Positions 40,976-47,426 of a stretch of 47,426 nt of DNA are shown one piece after another. The DNA is taken from positions 2,381-49,806 of the forward strand of contig JAADGQ010000103.1 of NCBI GenBank assembly GCA_013152295.1, read 5' to 3'. Position 1 is the first letter of the stretch; each line of letters begins with the position of its first letter. The notes below the pieces were generated by a model. That model searched no databases, had not been told where the DNA came from, and was given only the letters and a program-made list of their open reading frames with translations. This DNA comes from Gammaproteobacteria bacterium (GTDB taxonomy: Bacteria > Pseudomonadota > Gammaproteobacteria > JAADGQ01). A program made the translations under genes and the position numbers.

Positions 40976-41941
40976 ATGTCCACGCTCTATCCGAAGATCG
41001 TCTGCTACGATCCCGCTGCACCATCAATAACTTCACGATTACGACTCGCCATACTATGCGCGCTGCTATTAACGCAGCCTGCGTTCGCCGCCGGCCCTTT
41101 TGCGCTGAACTTCCAGCCACTCGACGCCACGTTCGGCGACGATAATCGTGCCGACACCAGCTGTAATCGGCCCGATGTTGCTGATCGCGGCTGCTCGGGT
41201 AGCTGGAGCAACTCCGGCGATCCTACTGCATTTTTGCAGGAGTTAATCACCGTAGATGGCTCCTCTTACTACCACGTCATTATCGGTCTGCCAGAAGATG
41301 GCTTCGCTCAAGAGTATGTCGCCCAGGTTGGCGGCCCATCCTGGGAAGGTGCGTCGGGCTCAAACAGTCTGGGCGATGGAATCTGCCGCTCCGGGTTCGG
41401 ACCCGGTAACTTCGTACTAAGCGCATGCAACATCAGCGACCCACTCGGCGTCACACATGACAACGTCTTTACCGGCGTTGGCTCCGGCAACCCCAAAGCC
41501 GTCGTCATGCGCCAAGTCAACGGAGGCACCTGGGACGGCGCCAGCAATAGCTGGAGCTGTGCTGCCAGCGACAATTACTGCTCAGAGTTCAAAAAAGAGA
41601 ACTTTCTCTACAAACCCGTCATCACCCAAACCATCAACGAAGCCAGTGAGTACATGAACGCCAATTTCAGCTTCGATATGAGCGCTATTGACTACGATAC
41701 CAACACAACCGCGGGCACGATGGTTAATACAGTCACCATCAGCGACCCCACTCTCGATGACTACTCAATCGGCGCGGGCGACTTCAACTACGCTACCGAT
41801 GCAGATTCCAACTATTCGACGCTCAGCGGTGGCCGCTATATTTTCACCGGCAGCGGTCCTACTAACGCGAACCTTGAACCCTACGAATATATCGACGGTG
41901 ATTTCGCACTCGATCGAGAATGGTCCGAATTCAAAAATTAA
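40976..41941 (+). CDS. Secreted acidic Gly/Asp/Ser/Asn-rich protein with three Cys pairs
   Basis: Signal-like segment RLRLAILCALLLTQPAFA and extracellular-type composition. No family recognised. Confidence 0.75.
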   Translation: MSTLYPKIVCYDPAAPSITSRLRLAILCALLLTQPAFAAGPFALNFQPLDATFGDDNRADTSCNRPDVADRGCSGSWSNSGDPTAFLQELITVDGSSYYHVIIGLPEDGFAQEYVAQVGGPSWEGASGSNSLGDGICRSGFGPGNFVLSACNISDPLGVTHDNVFTGVGSGNPKAVVMRQVNGGTWDGASNSWSCAASDNYCSEFKKENFLYKPVITQTINEASEYMNANFSFDMSAIDYDTNTTAGTMVNTVTISDPTLDDYSIGAGDFNYATDADSNYSTLSGGRYIFTGSGPTNANLEPYEYIDGDFALDREWSEFKN

Positions 41942-41969
41942 CAGCCGCGCGTACATCCGCCCTCAATAA

Positions 41970-42076
41970 GTCAGAATATTTTACGGTATTGGAATTTTCA
42001 CTTTCATCCAATTTCTGAAATATCAGAAACATTCAACAAGTTAAAACAGTTAAGCGGGGTCAGGCATAAAAGATGC
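41970..42076 (+). promoter_or_regulatory. Enhancer-like box, IHF-like site and sigma54 promoter of the PEP-CTERM gene
   Basis: GTCAGAATATTTTAC (41970-41984), ATTCAACAAGTTA (42031-42043) and CAGGCATAAAAGATGC (GG-N10-GC, 42061-42076). Confidence 0.6.
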
Positions 42077-42148
42077 TGCTAATCATTCATCCACACTAAC
42101 AGATGGACAACCGTTAGGTTTGATGGCAGGAAGCAGCAGGAGACAACC

Positions 42149-42883
42149 ATGAAAAACAGACTATTAACATGTGTATCAGCTGTAATTCTCACTGCAGGGC
42201 TCAACGCTACAGCTCATGCCACACTGATCGACCGTGGCAATGGCATGATCTACGACTCGGCCCAGGACATCACTTGGCTGCAAGACGCCAACTACGCGCT
42301 GACATCAGGTTATGCAGCGGCCAATGTTCGCAGAAACGGGCGCTGGGCAACCGATAATATTTTTGCTAACGGCAAAATGGGTTGGGACGCCGCCATAACC
42401 TGGGCAGATAACCTGGTATACGGCGGTTACTCCGACTGGCGTTTGGCATCTGTTACCGACAGGGGTAACGATGGTTGCAATCGGAGCTTTAATGGCACCG
42501 ACTGCGGCTTCAACGTCGACACATCGGGCTCGGAATTGGCCTATATGTGGTACAACATTTTGGGTAATACGCCCTATTACGACACCAGCGGCAACGGGCC
42601 GCAAAGCGGCTGGGGTCTGACTTCGACCACCGCTGACGGCATTGACCTGCTCAACCTTCGCAGCAGCCGTTACTGGTCGGGAACGCAGTACGCACCCAAT
42701 GCTAACCGTGCATGGCTCTTCAACACCCGTAAAGGCTTTCAGCGCGGCAAACCCAAACGCGCAGAGTCCTTTGCCTGGGCTGTCCGCTCCGGTGATGTCG
42801 CTACCGTAGCTGAACCTGGCACCCTGCTGCTTCTCGCAGCAGGATTGGTCGGGATTGCTGTTACCAGGCGAAAGCGCTGCTAA
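42149..42883 (+). CDS. PEP-CTERM-sorted surface protein with Lcl/DUF1566-like domain
   Basis: Signal peptide (AHA), DITWLQDAN, GGYSDWRL, YWSGT, AW.F and AWAVRSGDV. C-terminal VAEPGTLLLLAAGLVGIAVTRRKRC. Confidence 0.88.
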   Translation: MKNRLLTCVSAVILTAGLNATAHATLIDRGNGMIYDSAQDITWLQDANYALTSGYAAANVRRNGRWATDNIFANGKMGWDAAITWADNLVYGGYSDWRLASVTDRGNDGCNRSFNGTDCGFNVDTSGSELAYMWYNILGNTPYYDTSGNGPQSGWGLTSTTADGIDLLNLRSSRYWSGTQYAPNANRAWLFNTRKGFQRGKPKRAESFAWAVRSGDVATVAEPGTLLLLAAGLVGIAVTRRKRC

Positions 42884-42888
42884 ATTAA

Positions 42889-42914
42889 CCTGGCACCTTT
42901 TAAAAGGTGCCAGG
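42889..42914. repeat. Perfect 26-bp palindrome CCTGGCACCTTTTAAAAGGTGCCAGG
   Basis: 13+13 inverted repeat directly after the PEP-CTERM stop codon. No U-tract follows. Confidence 0.7.
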
Positions 42915-42925
42915 ACCGTAGGACC

Positions 42926-43150
42926 GTAGGGCGCAATAGCGCAGCGTATTGCGCCGAATAAAATAACAAGCCACAACATACATGCCTGATTATCCATCTC
43001 CCTATTATTTTGGAGGCGCTTTTTTAATGGCCAACAAATTCGAGATTGAATCTGCATGACTAGATGAGATCGGGCTTTTCGAACAAACTTTGAACTTTTT
43101 TGCTACGAGGATTGATATGCGGCGCAATGCGCTACGCTATTGCGCCCTAC
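42926..43150. repeat. Second inverted GTAG-REP doublet
   Basis: 42926-42955 reads GTAG-GGCGCAATA-gcgcagcg-TATTGCGCC. 43121-43150 on the minus strand reads GTAGGGCGCAATAGCGTAGCGCATTGCGCC. Confidence 0.8.
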
Positions 43151-43396
43151 GTGCTCCCCTCCCCTTTCCATCCTCCTTCACTTTCGCTTCAGCAACCACA
43201 CTTTTGTTCTATTCAGAGGCCCTATTCAGCGGCTATATCTAACGCTGGGCCTCTTGAATAATCAGGAAAGGCATCCATTCTTTAGAGACCTTGACGTACA
43301 GAGTGCAACGACTGGCGAGCCCAATTGTCACACAACGGCAATACGCCTATGATGAAATCAATTTAATGCTATCGACAAAGAGGAAAACAGCGCATT

Positions 43397-44713
43397 ATGA
43401 ATCGCGAGACAATAAGCCCAATACAAAACAAATTATTGGGTATCACCGAATACCAGCAGCGTTTTAAACTGCATAACGAGCTGCATGTCGGTGCTTGCGA
43501 ACAGATTGAGGCACCAACCCAGATATCACACCTAGTGCTCCTGTGTGGCAACCACCAGGCGGACAATGAACGCCAGCTGATTACCCAACTGTGTGAACGC
43601 TACGGCGTGGCGCCACCCACCCCGCAGGACAACCACTTTAGTGCCATGTTGGGCACTTTCCGCATGATCTGGGAACGCCACACCGAATACTCCACCTACA
43701 CCTTTTTTCATAGTGCGCCCTTTGAAACACCTTTTACTGAGCCCGCCATTGGCCATGTACCCAAAGAGTGGTTGGAACGACTTTCTGGTGAAGTCATTGC
43801 CGCTACCCATATCGCGATAGAGAGCAAAGAGCGCCCGCAACGCAGCTTGAAAGAGCTCTCTGTTCTGTTTGCATCGAACACGGTAATTGGCTCAGAAGTA
43901 GCCGCGGGCAGTGCTATCGTCTGGACCGACAACCAAATTCACGTCGATGGTTTTGGGCGCATTCTGATTCACGACATTAACCTGCGCAGTCGGCAAGCTG
44001 GCCGTCTGGTGCAGCGCCTGCTAGAGATTGAAAGCTACCGCATGTTGGCGATGATTCCTGTGCCAATGATGCGTAATTACATCCCCCAACTGGCCCAATT
44101 TGATGAGCGCCTGGCAACGCTAACAGAAAACAACATCAAGCTTGAGTGTGCGGGAGACGAACAGCAACAGCTGAATGAGCTGACACAGCTTGCAGCAGAG
44201 ATTGAGCGTATTTCGGCGAAAACCAGCCTGCGTTTTAACGCCTCATCCATGTATTACGAGATCGTTAAACTGCGCGTTTCCGAACTGCGTGAAAGTCGCA
44301 TCCAGGGATTACAGATGTTTCAGGAGTTCATGGAGCAACGCCTCTCCTCCGCCATGGACACCTGCTCTCTGGTCAACAATAAACTGGAGACGCTCTCCAC
44401 CCGTGTTCAGCGCGTCTCATCGCTGCTACGCACTCGCGTAGAGATCTCGATGGAGAAACAGAGCCGTGACCTGCTGCGCTCCATGGACAGACGCGCCCAC
44501 CTGCAACTGCGTTTGCAAGAGGCGGTAGAGGGGCTCTCTATTGTGGTACTCAGTTACTACCTGCTTGGCCTGATATCGTACGGACTTAAAGCGGTCAAAG
44601 CGTCAGGGATCAAGTTTGATACAGAGCTCGTCACAGGTATGGCAATCCCCATTGTTGTGGCCATCGTCTACCTTTCAGTGAGGCGACTGCGACACTCGGT
44701 TCATAACGAATAG
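43397..44713 (+). CDS. DUF3422-like membrane-anchored protein
   Basis: LHNELH, WERHTEYSTYTF, GRLVQRLLEIESYRMLA, LLRTRV, QLRLQEAVEGLS and two C-terminal TMs. Confidence 0.85.
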   Translation: MNRETISPIQNKLLGITEYQQRFKLHNELHVGACEQIEAPTQISHLVLLCGNHQADNERQLITQLCERYGVAPPTPQDNHFSAMLGTFRMIWERHTEYSTYTFFHSAPFETPFTEPAIGHVPKEWLERLSGEVIAATHIAIESKERPQRSLKELSVLFASNTVIGSEVAAGSAIVWTDNQIHVDGFGRILIHDINLRSRQAGRLVQRLLEIESYRMLAMIPVPMMRNYIPQLAQFDERLATLTENNIKLECAGDEQQQLNELTQLAAEIERISAKTSLRFNASSMYYEIVKLRVSELRESRIQGLQMFQEFMEQRLSSAMDTCSLVNNKLETLSTRVQRVSSLLRTRVEISMEKQSRDLLRSMDRRAHLQLRLQEAVEGLSIVVLSYYLLGLISYGLKAVKASGIKFDTELVTGMAIPIVVAIVYLSVRRLRHSVHNE

Positions 44714-44782
44714 TTGATACGAAACAGACCCTGGCAGCCTGTTAATCAACTGTGGCGTGAGGCGAAGATTAAGGGGTAAAGA

Positions 44783-46006
44783 TTACAAAGAGCGCCGCTG
44801 CTGTTTAATCGCCAGCAAGCGTTGCTCACGTAGCGCCTGTGCCATCTCACTGCCTTTTAATCCCTGCTTGGCCAGTGCTTTGGCAGAGACAGAATTGGCC
44901 GCTTGCAGCGCGTGGCGAAACAGATCTGCTTGCGGATAAGCGGCCTCTTCAAAGCCGGTTCGGCCCCGCGAATCGGCATGGCAAACCAGCACAAACTGCT
45001 CAAAACGCTGTGGGCGACGAAATGCATCCAGCGCCTGCAACGTATCCAGCACGGTTGTCGCACGCAGCTCTGCAGCGCGGTGACAGTGGGTGTGATAGCG
45101 AGCAGTGAGCAGTGCCAGCTGGCTGTACTCTTTGGGCACCCGCAGGCGCTGACAGATCCCCTTCGCCAATTTAACGCCGCGCTCTTCATGGCCAACATGG
45201 CTCGGCCACTGCTCTGGCGGTGTCTCGCCTTTGCCAAGATCATGCAGCAACGCAGCAAAGCAGACCTGTGGATCAGCACTCAGTCGCGCCGCCTGGTCGA
45301 CCACACTTAATGTGTGTACGCCGGTATCAATTTCCGGGTGGTATTTTTCCGGCTGCGGCACACCGAACAGACGATCAACCTCGGGCAACAGCACCTTGAG
45401 TGCGCCACACTTACGCAGTACTTCAAAAAAATGCGACGGCGTGCGCTCAGCCAACGCCAGGCTCAACTCACGCCACACCCGTTCTGCAACCAGCGCATCA
45501 ACCTCACCCTGCGCCACCATCTGCGCCATTAATGCGTAGGTCTCATCGGCAACAGTGAAACCGTGGCTGGCAAAACGAGCTGCAAAACGGGCGACGCGTA
45601 AAATGCGCACAGGGTCTTCCACAAACGCTGAGGAGACGTGACGCAGTGTGCGTGCATGCAGGTCGGCAGCACCATTAAACGGATCGATCAACTCGCCCGC
45701 TTCCGTTTGCGCCATCGCGTTAATGGTCAGATCACGGCGACGCAGATCATCCTCTAGCGAGACATCCGCAGCTGCATGCACAGCAAACCCTTTGTAACCC
45801 GGCGCAGTTTTACGCTCGGTGCGCGCCAGCGCGTACTCTTCATGCGTCTGCGGATGGAGAAAAACCGGAAAATCTTTGCCCACCGGGCGAAAGTTGAGCG
45901 CCAGCATCTCTTCCGCTGTGGCGCCCACTACAACCCAATCGCGATCTTTAACCGGCAGCCCGAGCAGCTGGTCTCTGACCGCACCGCCAACAGCATAAAT
46001 TTGCAA
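44783..46006 (-). CDS. cca: Multifunctional CCA-adding enzyme with HD domain
   Basis: VGGAVRD.LLG...KDRDWVVVG, DLRRRDLTINA, EDPVRILR and ALLHDLGK. Confidence 0.97.
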   Translation of the reverse strand: MQIYAVGGAVRDQLLGLPVKDRDWVVVGATAEEMLALNFRPVGKDFPVFLHPQTHEEYALARTERKTAPGYKGFAVHAAADVSLEDDLRRRDLTINAMAQTEAGELIDPFNGAADLHARTLRHVSSAFVEDPVRILRVARFAARFASHGFTVADETYALMAQMVAQGEVDALVAERVWRELSLALAERTPSHFFEVLRKCGALKVLLPEVDRLFGVPQPEKYHPEIDTGVHTLSVVDQAARLSADPQVCFAALLHDLGKGETPPEQWPSHVGHEERGVKLAKGICQRLRVPKEYSQLALLTARYHTHCHRAAELRATTVLDTLQALDAFRRPQRFEQFVLVCHADSRGRTGFEEAAYPQADLFRHALQAANSVSAKALAKQGLKGSEMAQALREQRLLAIKQQRRSL

Positions 46007-46043
46007 ACGAGCGCCCTTCCCTATTCAGATTTGAGCGATGCAC

Positions 46044-46991
46044 TCAACGACGTGCCGCCCGACGAAAAAAGTCGAAGCGCGCGCGCACTTCACGCGGCCT
46101 TAGCATATTGGAGACAACGCCTTCCATCGGTGTAGGCTCAATACCCAGCAACAGCAATCCATTGTTATCGCTGACACAGTCTCTCTTCATCGAAAGGTAG
46201 TTATCGCGGGTAAAGGGTTTGCCTGGCACGAACTCCATAATACGCGCCTGCAAGCGCGACAACTTGTCATTCAGGCCGACCACGGCGCAGCCTGAACCAA
46301 TGGCGCGCGCGGTAAATTCAACCAGCTGACTCAACGTATAGACTTTGGGACCGCACAGGTCATAACGCTGGCCGTAGGTCGATCTGTCCTCTAACGCCTT
46401 CATAAAGGCATCGACCACATCCCCCACATAGACGGGTGCAAAACGGGCATCAGGGCACGCTAGCGGCAGTGCCAATGGCGACAGGCTCAGCAACGTAGCA
46501 AAACGGTTGAAAAAATCATCGTTGGGACCAAAGATCACCGCCGGACGAAAACTGGTGACATGCAGACCATCGACACGGTGAACACTATCCTCCCCTTCAC
46601 CTTTGCTGCGCAGATATTCGCTGCTGCCACCCTTGGCATCGGCATTGAGCGAACTCATGTGCAGCAACCGCGAAACACCTGCTGCCGTGCATGCCTGTGC
46701 AACCCGGCGCGGCAGCTCCACATGCAATTTGGTGAAATCACCCGCGCGCTGCTCATTGAGCACTGCGATCAGGTTGATCACCACATCGCAATCGGCGAAC
46801 TGCGCCTGCAACGCCTGTACATCGTTAATATCACACGCCACCATCTCCACGGTGGGCAACACGGTCAGCTCCCGGTGGCGCTCCGGACGACGGGTGATAA
46901 CACGCACCGTGTAGCCCTCATCCACCAAGCGGCGCGTCAAATGCCCGCCGACAAAACCGCTCCCCCCGAGCATACAGATTTTCTGCTTCAT
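46044..46991 (-). CDS. Complex I NDUFA9-like NAD(P)-binding epimerase/SDR
   Basis: GGSGFVG, VINL, SEYLRSKGEGE, RPAVIFG..D.F.N.FA and PVYVGDV; adjacent to cca. Confidence 0.88.
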   Translation of the reverse strand: MKQKICMLGGSGFVGGHLTRRLVDEGYTVRVITRRPERHRELTVLPTVEMVACDINDVQALQAQFADCDVVINLIAVLNEQRAGDFTKLHVELPRRVAQACTAAGVSRLLHMSSLNADAKGGSSEYLRSKGEGEDSVHRVDGLHVTSFRPAVIFGPNDDFFNRFATLLSLSPLALPLACPDARFAPVYVGDVVDAFMKALEDRSTYGQRYDLCGPKVYTLSQLVEFTARAIGSGCAVVGLNDKLSRLQARIMEFVPGKPFTRDNYLSMKRDCVSDNNGLLLLGIEPTPMEGVVSNMLRPREVRARFDFFRRAARR

Positions 46992-47205
46992 TATTAAATA
47001 ACCCTTTGTTTAAAAAATACTTTATCAATTCCCCACCGTCTGCACAGCAAGCAGTCGCAGGCACACATGCATTAACAGGCGGTGTAAGCTTAAGTCGCTC
47101 TGCAATACTAATGAGTGCAATACTATCTATGGATCTGCGCGACGCGCTGCGCGAGAGTTTAACCTATTTTCGAGCCCTCTTGAGGAGGGCGCGGAGGAGC
47201 AGAGG

Positions 47206-47426
47206 ATGGCTTTTGAATCGATTAATCCGGCAAATGGTCAGTTATTAAAAACTTTCGATGACTGGGACAGTGCCAAACTCGCCTCGGTGCTGACAGAGGT
47301 GCGCGCAGCGACGGCGTCGTGGCAAGCAACAACCCTCGAAACACGCTGCCAACTCATGATCAAAGCGGGAGCGATTATCCGCGAGCGCCAGCACGAGTTG
47401 GCTCACCTCATCACCCTTGAGATGGG
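47206..47426 (+). CDS. NAD(P)-dependent succinate-semialdehyde/aldehyde dehydrogenase, 5' part
   Basis: Not in the ORF track. Manual translation gives MAFESINPANGQLLKTF...W...R...ELAHLITLEMG. Strong SD (GGAGGAGCAGAGG). Runs off the window. Confidence 0.85.
   Translation, partial: MAFESINPANGQLLKTFDDWDSAKLASVLTEVRAATASWQATTLETRCQLMIKAGAIIRERQHELAHLITLEM

Noticed and set aside
42149-43150. Diversity-generating retroelement (Lcl/CLec-fold target followed by hairpins)
   Set aside because: I saw no template repeat differing at adenines and no reverse transcriptase in the window. The hairpins are better explained as REPs. A remote DGR cannot be excluded without the genome.
47006-47248. 80-aa track ORF
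   Set aside because: It spans the divergent promoter region and overlaps the real dehydrogenase start at 47206 in another frame.

Overview
Chromosomal window from a flagellated Gammaproteobacterium; the lineage is inferred from gene content and protein similarity only. In order it holds: (1) a cobalamin-riboswitch-controlled btuB-btuM-cobO B12 salvage operon; (2) a stand-alone PilZ gene divergent from a PLP histidine-decarboxylase-like gene coupled to a tandem-ACT gene; (3) a GTAG-type REP doublet, an exported TPR protein and aguB; (4) a flagellar block (cheR-cheV / flgA-flgM-flgN-ycgR) without the usual adjacent flgB operon, followed by a sigma28-type promoter upstream of a small protein, an HDOD protein and a soluble hybrid histidine kinase; (5) topA, rsgA, sohB, rmuC, a PrsT-like TPR lipoprotein and an orphan hpnD; (6) a four-gene cassette of half-size periplasmic binding protein, outer-membrane barrel, membrane PAS-GGDEF-EAL and FeeM-like GNAT protein with tandem (D/E)RR repeats, which is the best candidate for an undescribed system; (7) rpsP-rimM-trmD-rplS, a TPR-like protein and rnhA-hflD-purB; (8) a Cys-paired secreted protein behind a consensus sigma28 promoter, a PEP-CTERM/Lcl-domain protein with sigma54/IHF-like upstream signals, and a second REP doublet around a possible RAYT relic; (9) DUF3422-like, cca, an NDUFA9-like epimerase and the 5' end of an aldehyde dehydrogenase. 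I recognised no tRNA, rRNA, CRISPR array or intact transposase. All assignments are by-eye motif recognition; no searches were run.
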